Below are positions 40,958 through 52,414 of a DNA stretch of 64,000 bases, in pieces. Source of the DNA: an uncultured Actinomycetes bacterium (GTDB lineage: Bacteria; Actinomycetota; Acidimicrobiia; IMCC26256; DASPTH01); the NCBI GenBank assembly GCA_963697125.1, contig CAVOMW010000006.1, positions 79,354-143,353 on the forward strand, in the 5' to 3' direction. The notes under the pieces were generated by a model. That model was given only the letters and a program-made list of their open reading frames with translations, was not told the DNA's origin and ran no database searches. Within the stretch, counting starts at the first letter, position 1. Every line of letters starts with the position of its first letter. The position numbers and the translations under genes were made by a program.

Positions 40958-41698
40958 TCACGAGGTGCGCACGACGACGACGGCCTGGCGACCGGTGACG
41001 CCGTCGCGGCGATGGGAGAAGAGGTCGGGTGACTCCGCCGTGCAGAGGTCGACGTCGGTGAGGTCGTCGACACCGGCACGCGCGAGCGACACGCGCACCG
41101 CGGTCGGGATGTCGAGCGCAGGCGTGCCCGCGGGGGTCGTCGACGCCACCTCGGGGCCGAGGCGCGCGACGAGCCGTTCGAGGAGATCGGCGCCGAACTC
41201 GTAGTGGTCCGGGTGCACGCACGGACCCAGCCAGGCGCGCACCGGTCCCGGTGCGACGGCCCGGAGCGCATCGACCGCGGCACCGAGCACGCCCTGCTCG
41301 AGCCCGGGCCACCCGGCGTGGACCACGGCGACGCCGCCCGGGCTCGCCAGCGCGACCGGGGCGCAGTCGGCGGTGAGCACGACCAGGGGAAGCCCGACCG
41401 CGGTGGTGACCGCAGCGTCGGCCTCCGGCGGTGCGGCGGGCGCGGTGGGAGCGGTGTCGACCGTCACCACCGCCCGGCCGTGCACCTGCCGGAGCCAGAC
41501 CCAGGCGGCCGGATCGGCGGGACGCCCGTCGAGTTGGGACGCGAACAGGGTCGCGAGCCGGGCGCGGTTCTGGGTGACCACATCGGGATCGTCGCCGACG
41601 TGGTCACCCAGGTTGAGCGATGCGTAGGGCGCGGCGGACTCGCCGCCGTGGCGGTCGGTGAAGACGACCCGGACGCCCGGCGCCTCGACCTCAATCAA
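40958..41698 (-). CDS. pgeF: Laccase-domain (YfiH/PgeF) purine nucleoside phosphorylase / peptidoglycan editing factor
   Basis: Intact 246-aa ORF: FTDRHGGES..YASLNLG..QVHG..TADCAPV..HAGW.G. This is the DUF152 signature. Confidence 0.85.
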   Translation of the reverse strand: MIEVEAPGVRVVFTDRHGGESAAPYASLNLGDHVGDDPDVVTQNRARLATLFASQLDGRPADPAAWVWLRQVHGRAVVTVDTAPTAPAAPPEADAAVTTAVGLPLVVLTADCAPVALASPGGVAVVHAGWPGLEQGVLGAAVDALRAVAPGPVRAWLGPCVHPDHYEFGADLLERLVARLGPEVASTTPAGTPALDIPTAVRVSLARAGVDDLTDVDLCTAESPDLFSHRRDGVTGRQAVVVVRTS

Positions 41699-41725
41699 GC
41701 GAGGTCTCGATCAGCGCGGACCGGC

Positions 41726-42820
41726 TTACCGAAGGAACTCGGGCACGTCGAACTGGTCGTCGCCGTCGCCGTCGTCGTCACCCGCGGAGCCGAAGTCGAT
41801 GCCGTCGCCGAGGTCGTCTTCGTCGTCGAGACCGAGCGACGTGAGCCCGCGCGACGGGCGCTTCTCGCCCTCGTAGCGGTCGAAGCCGGCGGCGATCACG
41901 GTGATGCGGACCTCGTCGCCGAGGCTGTCGTCGATCACCGCACCGAAGATGATGTTGGAGTCGGGGTGCGCGGCCTTGGCCACGATCTCGGCCGCCTCGT
42001 TGACCTCGAACAGGCCGAGGTCGGACGGGCCCGACACGTTGAGCAGCATCCCGCGCGCACCTTCGACGCTCGCCTCGAGCATCGGGCTCGAGATCGCGGC
42101 GCGGGCCGCGTTGACCGCGCGCCCGTCGCCCGACGCGTAGCCGATGCCCATGAGCGCGCTGCCGGCGTTGCTCATGATCATCCGCACGTCGGCGAAGTCG
42201 GTGTTGATGAGACCCGGCGTGGTGATGAGGTCGGTGATGCCCTGCACACCCTGGAGCAGGACCTCGTCGCAGGTCTTGAACGCGTTGAGCATCGACGTGC
42301 GCTCGTCGGCCACGGTGAGCAGCCGGTCGTTGGGGATGACGATGAGCGTGTCGACCTTCTCGCGCATCTTCTGGATGCCGTTCTCGGCCTGCACGCCGCG
42401 CCGGCGCCCCTCGAAGCTGAACGGGCGGGTGGCGATGCCGATCGTGAGCGCGCCGGCAGCCTTGGCCACCTCGGCCACGACCGGGCCCGCGCCGGTGCCG
42501 GTGCCGCCGCCCTCGCCGAGGGTGATGAACACCATGTCGGCGCCCTTGAGCACCTCTTCGATCTCCTCGCGGTGGTCCTCGGCGGCCTGACGGCCGATCT
42601 CCGGGTCGGACCCCGCACCGAGACCGCGGGTGATCTCGCGGCCGATGTCGAGCTTCACGTCGGCGTCGCTCATGAGCAGCGACTGCGCGTCGGTGTTCAC
42701 CGAGATGAACTCCACACCCTTCAGCCCCGCGTCGATCATCCGGTTGACGGCGTTGCATCCACCTCCGCCGACCCCGATGACCTTGATCACCGCCAGGTAG
42801 TTCTGCGGCTCGCCCAGCAT
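41726..42820 (-). CDS. ftsZ: Cell division GTPase FtsZ
   Basis: From Met39 of ORF 41726..42934: [38 protein letters not shown] (tubulin signature), C-terminal DVPEFLR. Intact. Confidence 0.97.
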   Translation of the reverse strand: MLGEPQNYLAVIKVIGVGGGGCNAVNRMIDAGLKGVEFISVNTDAQSLLMSDADVKLDIGREITRGLGAGSDPEIGRQAAEDHREEIEEVLKGADMVFITLGEGGGTGTGAGPVVAEVAKAAGALTIGIATRPFSFEGRRRGVQAENGIQKMREKVDTLIVIPNDRLLTVADERTSMLNAFKTCDEVLLQGVQGITDLITTPGLINTDFADVRMIMSNAGSALMGIGYASGDGRAVNAARAAISSPMLEASVEGARGMLLNVSGPSDLGLFEVNEAAEIVAKAAHPDSNIIFGAVIDDSLGDEVRITVIAAGFDRYEGEKRPSRGLTSLGLDDEDDLGDGIDFGSAGDDDGDGDDQFDVPEFLR

Positions 42821-43041
42821 GCTGTTGTGTCCTTTGCTCGTCCCGCGGACTCGTCCGCGCCATTGTGGCGGCGGACCGCCAGTTCTACGGGGATATGGGC
42901 CCCTGCATCTCGCTGCTTCAGGGGCTCCCGGCACAACCCTGAACCTCCAGTCGAGGTTGAGAGTTATGTCAAGCTGTACTTTCGGTGCAGACTTTACTCT
43001 CGCAACATTCAGTGGTCAACTCATCACGCTCCACAACCGGT
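42821..43041 (-). promoter_or_regulatory. ftsQ-ftsZ spacer, probable ftsZ promoter/5'UTR region
   Basis: A 220-nt spacer visibly less GC-rich than its surroundings, with small hairpins (CGCGGAC-TC-GTCCGCG near 42843-42858; AACCTC-CAGTC-GAGGTT near 42940-42956). No promoter hexamers could be assigned confidently. Confidence 0.3.
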
Positions 43042-43848
43042 TCACCCCGCCACCGGATTGGTCGGCACGCTGACGTCGACGTACGCCGGGGGCGCGTCCG
43101 GCAGCGCGTTCAGGACCGCGAGCGCGGCGCGGATCTTCACGCCGACCTGGGTCGCCGTCCCCCATCCGCACCTCGGGACCCGCGGCCAGGTGCAGCACGA
43201 TCCCGTGGTCGGTGACCTCGACCGACGTCGTGGCCGCGGCGGCGAGACCGGTGAGCGCGCCTGCGACCCGAGCCGCCCCGACCGCGTCGACGGTGCCACC
43301 CGGCGGTGGCACGACCTTCGCCCCGAGCAGCTGCGGCATCCCCGGCGGCGCGGCGGTCAACCGTCTCGAGCACGCGCCCGGTGCGGTCGACCACGGCCTT
43401 GCCGGCCGGACCGTCGATCCATGCCGCCGGCGTGCGCTCGTGCACGGTGATGCGCACGGTGTCGGGCCACTCCCGGGTGAGGCTCGCGTCGCGCACGTAG
43501 GGCAGCGCGTCCATGCCGTCGACGGCGGCCGTCGTGTCGATCCACACCATCGGGTCGCCCTCCTGGACGCCGGCGGCGTCGACCACCTGGGCGGCGGTGA
43601 GGTGGGAGGTGCCCCGCACCTGGAGGGTGTCGACGGCGAGGAGCGGTGAGCGCGTCACGCCGTAGGCGATCGCCGCCAGCACCACCACGACGATCCCGAC
43701 GACCAGCAACCGTCGACGGCGCACCGACGCGTGCTTCGACGCCTTCCGCGACTGCGCCCGTGAGCTCGTGCGCGCGGGCGGCGTGGGTGCGGATCGCGCC
43801 CGACGACACGGCCCGCGCCCCGGACTGCGACGTGGCGCGGGTGCTCAC
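43042..43848 (-). CDS. ftsQ: Cell division protein FtsQ (POTRA domain)
   Basis: GTG 43848 forms a GTGA overlap with the murB stop. TM RRRRLLVVGIVVVVLAAIAYG and POTRA LLAVDTLQVRGTSHLTAAQV..VRITVHERTPAAW lie in ORF 43137..43724. C-terminal pieces lie in ORFs 43016..43360 and 43042..43299. At least 3 frame breaks. Confidence 0.8.
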
Positions 43849-44819
43849 CGCGACACCCCCTCGTCAGCTCCCGGGTCGTCAGACACCTGGTCGTCGAAGC
43901 CCACCATGCGCAGCTCGGGGACGAGTGCGATGCCGGTGGCGTCGAGGACCCGTCGGCGCACCTCCACCACGAGGCGGCGCACGTCGTCGGCGGTGGCGCC
44001 GGCCTCGGCCTGGAAGAAGTTGGCGTGCTTGGGCGAGACCACCGCACCACCGACCCGCAGGCCCTTGAGCCCGAGCGAGTCGACCAGCCGACCGGCCGAG
44101 TCACCCGGCGGGTTGGCGAAGACCGAGCCCGCGTTCGAGCCCCCGGGCTGGTGCTCGCGACGCCAGCGGACGATCGCCGCCACCTCGGCCTCGGCCGCGG
44201 GCGCGTCGCCGTCGACCACCCGGAAGGTGGCGCCGGTGACCACCTCGGTCGGGGCCAGGGCGGAGCACCGGTACCCGAACCCCAGTGCGGCGAGGGGCCG
44301 GGACGACGGCGTGCCGCCGGTGGCGAGGTCGGCGACCTCGGCGTCGACCAGGACGTCGGCGGTCTCGCGACCGTGGCCACCCGCGTTCATGCGGACCGCG
44401 CCGCCGACGGTGCCGGGGATCCCGACGTAGAACTCGAGCCCGGTGCGTCCCGCGCCCGCGGCCCGTCGGGCCAGGACCGGGAGCGCAACCGCGGCTCCCG
44501 CCCGCACGGTGACCGGACCGGCGTCGAGCTCGACGGTGTCGTACTCCCCGTCGAGGACCAGACCGAGCCCGGCGAAACCGGTGTCGGCGACGAGCAGGTT
44601 GGAACCTCGACCGACCACGAGGAGCGGCGGCGACGGTTCGCCGTCGGCGGTGCCGTCGTACGCGGTCGCGAGCGCGGCGAGCTCGGCCGGCGAACCGACG
44701 CGCGCGAGCACCGCGACCGGACCACCGACGTGGTACGTGCTGAGGTCGGCCACGGGGACGTCACGCTCGACGCGCACACCGGCCGCGGTGAGACGCGCCG
44801 CGAGGGCGTCGGGGTTCAC
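43845..44819 (-). CDS. murB: UDP-N-acetylenolpyruvoylglucosamine reductase
   Basis: From GTG 44819 in ORF 43845..45167: LSTYHVGGPVAVLA, VVGRGSNLLV, IPGTVGGAVRMNAG, GSVFANP, SPKHANF. Intact. Confidence 0.9.
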   Translation of the reverse strand: MNPDALAARLTAAGVRVERDVPVADLSTYHVGGPVAVLARVGSPAELAALATAYDGTADGEPSPPLLVVGRGSNLLVADTGFAGLGLVLDGEYDTVELDAGPVTVRAGAAVALPVLARRAAGAGRTGLEFYVGIPGTVGGAVRMNAGGHGRETADVLVDAEVADLATGGTPSSRPLAALGFGYRCSALAPTEVVTGATFRVVDGDAPAAEAEVAAIVRWRREHQPGGSNAGSVFANPPGDSAGRLVDSLGLKGLRVGGAVVSPKHANFFQAEAGATADDVRRLVVEVRRRVLDATGIALVPELRMVGFDDQVSDDPGADEGVSR

Positions 44820-46229
44820 GGTCGCGGCGCCAACCACTCGTCGGGGGCGGTGGTGAGGTCGCCGGCGCCGAGCGTCAGCACGACGTCGCCGGGGCGGGCG
44901 AGGCGCGGCACGTGCGCGACGAGGTCGGCGCGGCGGGGCAGGTAGGTGACGGCCTGTTCGGGGTGCGCGTCGAGCACGGCGCGCAGGACGAGCCGACCCG
45001 ACACGCCGGGCTGGGGCTGCTCCCCGCCGCGTACACGTCGGTGAGCACGAGCGCGTCGGCGCCCGAGAACGCGTCGGCGAAGTCGCGCCACAGCGCTGCG
45101 GTGCGCGTGTAGCGGTGCGGTTGGAACACCGCCACGACGCGCTCCCAGCCGCCTTCGCGGGCGGCACGGATCATGGCGTCGACGTCGCTCGGCAGGTGCG
45201 CGTAGTCGTCGACGTAGGTGACGCCGTCGCGCTCACCCCGGAACTGGAACCGGCGCGCCACCCCGGCGAAGCCGCCGAGCGCGCGCGTCACCGCGTCGAA
45301 GGGCGCACCGAGCTCGAGCGCGATCGCGGCCGCGCCGGCGGCGTTCACCGCGTTGTGGCGTCCGGGTACCGGGAGCTGCACGAGCCCGAGCACCTCACCG
45401 CGACGCGACAACGTGAACTGCGTGCCGCCTCGATTGCCCTCGTAGTCGTGCATGCCGTAGTCGGCTGATTCGGCGAACCCGTAGGTGACGACGCGGCCGA
45501 CGGCGTCGCCGCGCGTCACGATGGTGGCGGCGATGTCGGCGGCGACGTCATCGTCGGCGCACACCGCGCACACCCCGGGGATGCGGGCGACGAACGTCTC
45601 GAACGCGGCGACCAACGCGTCGAAGTCGCCGTAGTGGTCGAGGTGGTCGGGCAGCACGGAGGTGACGACGGCGTCGTGCGGCGCGAGCTCGAGGAAGGTG
45701 CCGTCGCTCTCGTCGGCTTCGACGACGAGCCACTCGCCGGAATCGAACACCGCGTTGGTGCCGACCTCGTTGAGATCGCCGCCGATGAGGAAGCTGGGGT
45801 GCCAACCGGCCGCCCGCAGGATCAGCGCGAGCATCGACGAGGTGGTGGTCTTGCCGTGGCTGCCCGCCACCGCGACCGTCGTGCGGGTGGCGACGATGGC
45901 GCGCAGCGCGTCGGCGCGTCGCAGCACCGGGATGCCGCGCTCGCGTGCGGCGACGACCTCGGGGTTGCTCTCGGGGATCGCGGTGGAGATCACGACCGCG
46001 TCGAGCCGGTCGGGCAGGTGCTCGGCGGCGTGTCCGATGTGCGTGGTGACCTCGAGGAGCCCGAGGCGTTCGAGGGCCGGCGACTCACGCAGGTCGGAGC
46101 CGCTCACGCTGTGCCCCATGCCGCGCGAGCACGGTGGCGATCGCGCTCATCCCCGCGCCGCCGACGCCGACGATGTGGATGGCGTGCGGTTGCGTCGAGA
46201 TCGAGGTCGAGGTGCGAGCTCGCGGTCAC
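44816..46229 (-). CDS. murC: UDP-N-acetylmuramate--L-alanine ligase
   Basis: HIVGVGGAGMSAIA is in a shifted frame near 46150. The main body ORF 44875..46119 has GSHGKTTTSSM and DESDGTF. The C-terminus is ORF 44816..45091 (..LTLGAGDL). About 3 frame breaks. GTGA overlaps at both ends. Confidence 0.9.
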
Positions 46230-47344
46230 GTGCGGTCATCGCGACCACCGGGACGGGTCGTCATGCGCGACTCCACCAGGTCGGCGAAGCGCGCGGTGGC
46301 GTCGGGACGGCCGAGCGCGCGTGCGGCGGCGCTCATCGCGGCGAGCCGAGGAGGGTCGGCGAGCAGCGCGTCGAGCTCGGTCGCCAGGCGGGCGGGATCG
46401 AGCTCGGCGTCGGGGATCTTCACCGCGGCGCCGGCGGCGACCAGCGCATCCGCGTTCGCGGTCTGGTGGTCGCCGGGCGCGCCCGGGAGCGGCACGAGCA
46501 CCGACGGCATGCCGACGGTCGTGAGCTCGGCGGTCATCCCGCCGGAACGGGACACCACCACCGTGGCTTCGGTGTACACGACCTCCATGTGCTCCTCGAA
46601 GGGGACGAGCTGATACGACAGCCGATCGCCCGCGCCGCGCTGCGCCGCCAGCTTCGTGCTGCACCCTTGGTAGTCGCGGCTCCCGGTGACATGGTGGATC
46701 GTGAGGTCGGTGCGATCGCGCCAGCGGTCGTAGAGGCCGAGCACCGCTTCGTTCAGCGAGCGGGCACCGAGGCTCCCGCCGACGACCGCGATGCGGGGTG
46801 GGGCCACCGGGGCCCGTTCCACCGCGGCGATGGCGGGCCGGATCGGGTTGCCGGTGACCACGGCTCCCCGGAGCGGGGTGCCCGCGAGGGTGACGGCGGG
46901 TGTCGCCCCCAGACGGACCGCGATCCGGTTCGCCAGGCCCGGGTGCGCGTCGGACTCGTGGACGACGGCGGGGATCCCGCGCGCCCGCGCCGCGACCAGG
47001 GCCGGCAACGACGCGTAGCCGCCGACGCCGACGACCACACGAGGTCGCAGCCGTCCGACCAGCGACCACGCGCGCGCGAACGCGACTGCGGTGTCGTAGG
47101 TCGTGCGCAGGTTGCGACGGATCGCGGCGGGCGACGTGCTGCGCTCGAGGCCGCGTCCCGGCAGGAGGTCGACCGCGAACCCGGCCGCCGGCACCGCGGA
47201 CGCCTCCAGGCCGCGGGCCGCGCCCACGAAGCGGATGCGGTCGCGGTCGTGGCCACGCGCGACGAGCTCGTCGGCCAGGGCGAGCGCAGGGAAGACGTGG
47301 CCGCCGGTGCCGCCCCCGCTGATCAGGACGTCGGTCGTGGTCAC
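46226..47344 (-). CDS. murG: Lipid II glycosyltransferase MurG
   Basis: Intact 372-aa ORF: SGGGTGGHVFPALALA, VGGSLGA, RSGGMT.ELT. Confidence 0.93.
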   Translation of the reverse strand: MTTTDVLISGGGTGGHVFPALALADELVARGHDRDRIRFVGAARGLEASAVPAAGFAVDLLPGRGLERSTSPAAIRRNLRTTYDTAVAFARAWSLVGRLRPRVVVGVGGYASLPALVAARARGIPAVVHESDAHPGLANRIAVRLGATPAVTLAGTPLRGAVVTGNPIRPAIAAVERAPVAPPRIAVVGGSLGARSLNEAVLGLYDRWRDRTDLTIHHVTGSRDYQGCSTKLAAQRGAGDRLSYQLVPFEEHMEVVYTEATVVVSRSGGMTAELTTVGMPSVLVPLPGAPGDHQTANADALVAAGAAVKIPDAELDPARLATELDALLADPPRLAAMSAAARALGRPDATARFADLVESRMTTRPGGRDDRT

Positions 47345-47372
47345 CGGTGCTCGATCAAGTCGCGCGCACGGG

Positions 47373-48590
47373 TCATCGGCGCGCGGCGGCGCGGGGTGCC
47401 GTGCGCGGCGCGGTCCGGGCTGCGCCGTGCCCGGGGTTGCGACCCTGACGGGCGACGTTCACGAGGATGCCGGTGGCGAGCATGGTGGTGATCAGCGCCG
47501 ATCCGCCGAACGACACGAACGGGAGCGGGATGCCGGTGACGGGCAGCAGCCCGACGACCGCGCCGATGTTGATGACCGCCTGCCCGACGACCCACACGGT
47601 GGCGCCGGCGGCGATGAGCGAGCCGAACCGGTCGGGCGCCCGCAGCGCGGCGCGTGCCCCGAGCACCGCGAACGCGATGAACAGCCCCATCACCAGGAAG
47701 CAGCCGATGAGGCCGAGCTCCTCGCCGATGATGGCGAAGATGAAGTCGGTGTGCGCGTTCGGGAGGAAGTTCCACTTCGCGCGGCTGGCACCCAGCCCCA
47801 CGCCGGTGAAGCCGCCGCTCCCGAGCGCGATCAGCGACTGCGAGATCTGGTAGCCGGTGTTCTTGGCGTCGGCGAAGGGATCGAGGAACGTGAGCATCCG
47901 CGTGCGTCGGTACGGCTCGGCGAGCGCGAGGAACGTGACCGCAGTGATCCCGAGACCGAACACCACTGCGAGGTGCCGCTTCTTCACGCCACCGGCGACG
48001 AGCACGGCCAACACCACGATGGCCAGCACCATGGCCGAGCCGAGGTCGGGCTCCTTCATCACGAGCGCGGTGCAGAGCCCGAGCACGAGCATCACCGGGC
48101 GCACGACGCGCCGCCAGTCGTGGAGCTCGCCGGCGCGCCGGCTCACGAGATCGGCGGAGTACAGCAGGAGGGCGAGCTTGGCGATCTCGCTCGGCTGGAA
48201 GCGGAACATGCCCATGCCGAGCCAGCGGCGCGATCCCGACACGTAGACCCCGATGCCCGGGATGAGCACCACGACGAGCAGGACCACGCTGGCGATGAGC
48301 AGCGGGCGGATCAGCGTCCGCCACTTCCGGTAGTCGAAGCGCACCGCGAGCACGAACGCGCCCAGCCCGAGCACGGTCCACATGATCTGCCGGAAGAAGA
48401 AGTACCAGGGCGAGCCGTAGTCGGTGAGCGACGACACCGACGACGCCGACAGGACCATCACCAGACCGACCACGTTGAGCACGACGACGGTGGCGACGAG
48501 GAGCACCGCGGTCGATGACCGGCCGGTAGCTGCCTTCGGCGCGCGGTCCGCGTGACTGCGGACGCGCAATGGGTTGGTCAACGCGGTCAT
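47373..48590 (-). CDS. ftsW: SEDS-family peptidoglycan polymerase FtsW
   Basis: ORF 47373..48614. ATG 48590 forms an ATGA overlap with the murD stop. About 10 TMs, with QPSEIAKL and PLPFVSFGGSAL. Intact. Confidence 0.92.
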   Translation of the reverse strand: MTALTNPLRVRSHADRAPKAATGRSSTAVLLVATVVVLNVVGLVMVLSASSVSSLTDYGSPWYFFFRQIMWTVLGLGAFVLAVRFDYRKWRTLIRPLLIASVVLLVVVLIPGIGVYVSGSRRWLGMGMFRFQPSEIAKLALLLYSADLVSRRAGELHDWRRVVRPVMLVLGLCTALVMKEPDLGSAMVLAIVVLAVLVAGGVKKRHLAVVFGLGITAVTFLALAEPYRRTRMLTFLDPFADAKNTGYQISQSLIALGSGGFTGVGLGASRAKWNFLPNAHTDFIFAIIGEELGLIGCFLVMGLFIAFAVLGARAALRAPDRFGSLIAAGATVWVVGQAVINIGAVVGLLPVTGIPLPFVSFGGSALITTMLATGILVNVARQGRNPGHGAARTAPRTAPRAAARR

Positions 48591-49963
48591 GCCGGCTCTC
48601 CCCCGTTCCGGCATCCTGCCGGTTCGTCCGCCAACGACGTCACTTCGCGCGCGAAGTCGTCACCCCGCGCGGCATAGCTCTCGTACCAGTCGAACGACGC
48701 ACACGCGGGCGACAACAGCACTGCGTCGCCCGGCTGCGCGTGCGTCGACGCGACGCGCACTGCCTCGCGCATCGAGTCGGCGCGCACGACGGGCACCGCG
48801 CCCGCGAACGCCGCTTCCACTTCACCGGCCGCCTCACCGATGGCGACGACTGCGCGCAGTTGCGGCGCGTGCACGCGCAGCCCACCGAGGTCGAGGCCCT
48901 TGTTGCGGCCGCCGGCGATCAGCACCACGTGCTCGAAGCCCGCCAGTGCGCCGGCGGTGGCGTGGGGGTTCGTGGCCTTGGAGTCGTCGTACCAACGGAC
49001 CCCGCCGCGCTCGGCCACGAGCTGCACGCGGTGCGCGAGGCCGCCGAAGCCGTCGAGGGCACGCGCCACCGCGTCGATGTCGGCGCCGACCGCCAATGCA
49101 GCCGCCGCGGCGGCGAGCGCGTTGGCGGTGTCGTGGGGTGCACCCGAAGCCGGCACCGCCGCGAGCACCCCGGGCGGCCCGACCAGATCGTTGCCCACCA
49201 CGCCGTAGTCGCCGGGAGCAGGCAGGCCGGTGCCGAAGCGCACCACCGGCGCGGGCGCACCGGCGGCGAGCGCCAGCGCGACCGGGTCGTCACGGTTGAC
49301 GACGACCAGCCCCGACGCACCCTGGTGACGGAAGAGCTCGGCCTTGGCCTGCGCGTACGCATCGACCGAGCCGTGCCAGTCGAGGTGGTCTTCGGCCACG
49401 TTGAGCAGCACCGCGACATCGGGGGCGAACGCGTCGGTGGTGAACGCGAGCTGGAACGACGACACCTCGGCCACCACGACCTGCACGTCGTCGCCGGCGG
49501 CGTCGAGCAACGGACGACCGATGTTGCCGGCGGCGGCGCTGGTGATGCCGGCCTCGCGCAGGATGGCGTCGATCAAGGTGGTGACGGTGGTCTTGCCGTT
49601 GGTGCCGGTGACCGCGACGAGCTTGGGCGCGTCCGGACGCGCCCGCAGGCGCGCGGCGGCGAGATCGATCTCCGACCGCACCGGCACGCCGGCGTCGTGG
49701 GCGGCGACGAGCGCGGGATGGTCGGGACGCACCCCGGGGCTGGGGACGACGAGATCCGCGGCGCGGCCCTCGGCTGCGGCCGCGGCGGCGTCGGGACGTT
49801 CGATCACGCGGGCGCCGTCGAACTCGGCGCGCGCGACTCGTGCCGCGTACGCCTCGCCGCCGCCGGGGGCGTCGTCGAGCACGGTGACGTCGTGGCCCGC
49901 AGCGCGGGTGTACGACACCACCGACGCGCCCGTCGTCGCCAGGCCGACCACGAGGACGCGCAT
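48587..49963 (-). CDS. murD: UDP-N-acetylmuramoylalanine--D-glutamate ligase
   Basis: From Met193 of ORF 48587..50539: MRVLVVGLATTG, VTGTNGKTTV, and C-terminal SPACASFDWY. Intact. Confidence 0.92.
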   Translation of the reverse strand: MRVLVVGLATTGASVVSYTRAAGHDVTVLDDAPGGGEAYAARVARAEFDGARVIERPDAAAAAAEGRAADLVVPSPGVRPDHPALVAAHDAGVPVRSEIDLAAARLRARPDAPKLVAVTGTNGKTTVTTLIDAILREAGITSAAAGNIGRPLLDAAGDDVQVVVAEVSSFQLAFTTDAFAPDVAVLLNVAEDHLDWHGSVDAYAQAKAELFRHQGASGLVVVNRDDPVALALAAGAPAPVVRFGTGLPAPGDYGVVGNDLVGPPGVLAAVPASGAPHDTANALAAAAAALAVGADIDAVARALDGFGGLAHRVQLVAERGGVRWYDDSKATNPHATAGALAGFEHVVLIAGGRNKGLDLGGLRVHAPQLRAVVAIGEAAGEVEAAFAGAVPVVRADSMREAVRVASTHAQPGDAVLLSPACASFDWYESYAARGDDFAREVTSLADEPAGCRNGGEPA

Positions 49964-51009
49964 CAGTCGAGCACCCCGGGGATGCGGATGAAGTCGGCGT
50001 AGAAGAAGCCGAGCCCGAGCGCCACGAGCAGGCCGCCGAGCAGCCAGAAGCGGACGATGACGGTGAACTCGGGCCAACCTCCCACCTCGAAGTGGTGGTG
50101 GATCGGCGCCATGCGCAACACGCGTCGGTGGAACACGCGGAAGGAGATCACCTGCGCGATCACCGACAGGGTCTCGAACACGTAGAGCCCGCCGAGGAGC
50201 GGCAGCAGCAGGATGGTGTTGGTGAGGAGCGACAGGCCGGCCATCGCCGCGCCCAGCGCGAGCGAGCCGACGTCGCCCATGAACACCTGCGCCGGCGCTG
50301 CGTTCCACCACAGGAAGCCCAGGCAGGCGCCCATCATCGCCGCCGCGACGATGGCGAGGTCGAGGGAACCGGCGGGGAGCACGTGGTAGACGCCCGGGTG
50401 GCGGAACTGCCAGAAGGCGATGATCACGAACGCGGCGAAGACCATGGCGGCGGAGCCGGCCGCGAGACCGTCGAGGCCGTCGGTGATGTTGACCGCGTTC
50501 GAGAACCCGTAGACCCAGAACACCGCGAGCACGAACCACAGCGCGGTGGCGAGGTGCACGTCGAACACGCGCGTGAACGAGAGCTGCGTCGACACGTTGA
50601 CGTAGTTGAGGGCGAGCAACGCGAAGCCGGCGGCGACGACGATCTGACCGCCGGTCTTGCCCCGCTTGCGCAGGCCCATGTTGCGACCGCGCCGCACGCC
50701 CAGGTAGTCGTCGACGAAACCGACGACGGCCATCCCCACCACGAGCGCCATGAGGGTGATGCCGGTGCGCGCGAACTTGGTCTGCTCGGTGCTGACGTGC
50801 GCGACGAGGTAGCCGAACAGCGCGCTCGACACGATGGCGATGCCGCCCATCGTCGGGGTGCCGGCCTTCTTCTCGTGCGGGTGCGCGAACGGGCCGTCGT
50901 CGCGGATCTGCTGGCCGATGCCCTTGGCCTTCAGCACCTTGATGAGCGCCGGCGTCGTGAAGATGCAGAGCACGAAGGCGGCGCCGGTGCCGACGAGCAG
51001 CGCGATCAC
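49963..51009 (-). CDS. mraY: Phospho-N-acetylmuramoyl-pentapeptide transferase
   Basis: Intact 348-aa ORF: KAGTPTMGG, DDYLG, NAVNITDGLDGLA, APIHHHFE. Confidence 0.95.
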   Translation of the reverse strand: MIALLVGTGAAFVLCIFTTPALIKVLKAKGIGQQIRDDGPFAHPHEKKAGTPTMGGIAIVSSALFGYLVAHVSTEQTKFARTGITLMALVVGMAVVGFVDDYLGVRRGRNMGLRKRGKTGGQIVVAAGFALLALNYVNVSTQLSFTRVFDVHLATALWFVLAVFWVYGFSNAVNITDGLDGLAAGSAAMVFAAFVIIAFWQFRHPGVYHVLPAGSLDLAIVAAAMMGACLGFLWWNAAPAQVFMGDVGSLALGAAMAGLSLLTNTILLLPLLGGLYVFETLSVIAQVISFRVFHRRVLRMAPIHHHFEVGGWPEFTVIVRFWLLGGLLVALGLGFFYADFIRIPGVLD

Positions 51010-52414
51010 GCGCCGCCGCCTTGGGTCCGACTGCCGCGCAACGCGGTGGCCACCAGCTCGAGGCCGACCGCGCGGCTTCCCTTCACCAGCACCGCGTCGC
51101 CGTCGTGGACGAAGCCGGTGATGGCGTCGAGCGCGGTGGCGGCGTCGGGCACCTCGGTGACGGCGACCCCGGCGGCACGGGCATGCTCGGCGAGTGGTGC
51201 CGCTTCCGGTCCGACCGCAACGAGCGCGTCGACCGACGTGGCACCGACGAGGTCCCCCAACGTGGCGTGCTCCGGCACGCTGAACTCACCCAGTTCGAGC
51301 ATCTCGCCCAGGACCGCGATCCGGCGACCCGACACCTCGACGCGGGCGAGCGCCTCGAGCGCGGCGGCCATCGACGACGGGTTGGCGTTGTAGGCGTCGT
51401 CGAGCACGACGACACCGTCGGCGCTGCGCGCCACCTCCATGCGCCACGGTGCCGGCGCCACGCCGGCGAGCCCGGCGGCGACGTCGGCGAACGGTGCTCC
51501 ATGCGAGAGCGCGACCGCGGCGGCGAGCGACGCGTTGACCACCTGATGGGCGCCGCGGACCGCGAGCGCGATCGGGCCGCTCCCCCACGGCGTCGACAAC
51601 GTGAAGCGGGGGCGCAGCTCGGCGTCGAGCACCACGTCGGTCGCCCGGACGTCGGCGGCGGCGGAACTGGCAACGACGGGCCCGGCGGAGACGAGGAGCA
51701 CGGTGGCCGACGTGCGGGCGGCGAGACCGGGCGTCGCCGGGTCGCCGGCGTCGAGCACCGCGGTGCCCGCGGCGGGGAGCGCCTCGAGCAGCTCGCCCTT
51801 CACGCGCGCCACGCCCTCGCGGCCGCCGAGTGATCCTGCGTGCGCGAGGCCGATGTTGGTGATCACACCGACGTCGGGCTCGCCACCGCGCAGAGCGCGG
51901 CGATGTCGCCGGGGGCTCGCGCACCCATCTCGAGCACCAGCGCCTCGACGCCGGTCGGCGCGCTCAGCAGCGTGAGCGGGACTCCGGCTTCGTTGTTGTA
52001 GGAACCCGGGCTCGCGTGCACGGCGAAGGTGGACGCGAGCGCGGCCGCGGTGAGGTCCTTGGTGCCGGTCTTGCCCGCCGAGCCCGTGATGCCGACGACG
52101 ACGACGTCGCCGAGTGCAGCGCGCGCGGCGCGGCCGAGATCGGCGAGCGCGCCGAAGGCGTCGTCGACGCGCACGACCGCGGTGCCCTCGGGCGCGGGGT
52201 GGTCGCGGTCGTCGGTGACGACCGCGACGCGTGCGCCACGCGCGAACGCGTCGGGAACGAAGTCGTGGCCGTCGCGTTCGGCCACGAGCGCAACGAAGCA
52301 CGCGCCGGGCTCGATCACGCGCGAGTCGATGGCGAACGACGTGGCGCGCGCGTCGGGCGCGCCGATCAGGGTGCCGCGTGTGAGGGCTGCGAGATCGGCC
52401 GCACTCAGCTCCAT
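51006..52414 (-). CDS. murF: UDP-N-acetylmuramoyl-tripeptide--D-alanyl-D-alanine ligase
   Basis: The N-terminus is ORF 51863..52414 (GITGSAGKTGTKD, LEMGA). The remainder is in the frame of ORF 51006..52301 (ITNIGLAH, DAYNANP, GEMLELG). One frame break near 51880. Confidence 0.9.
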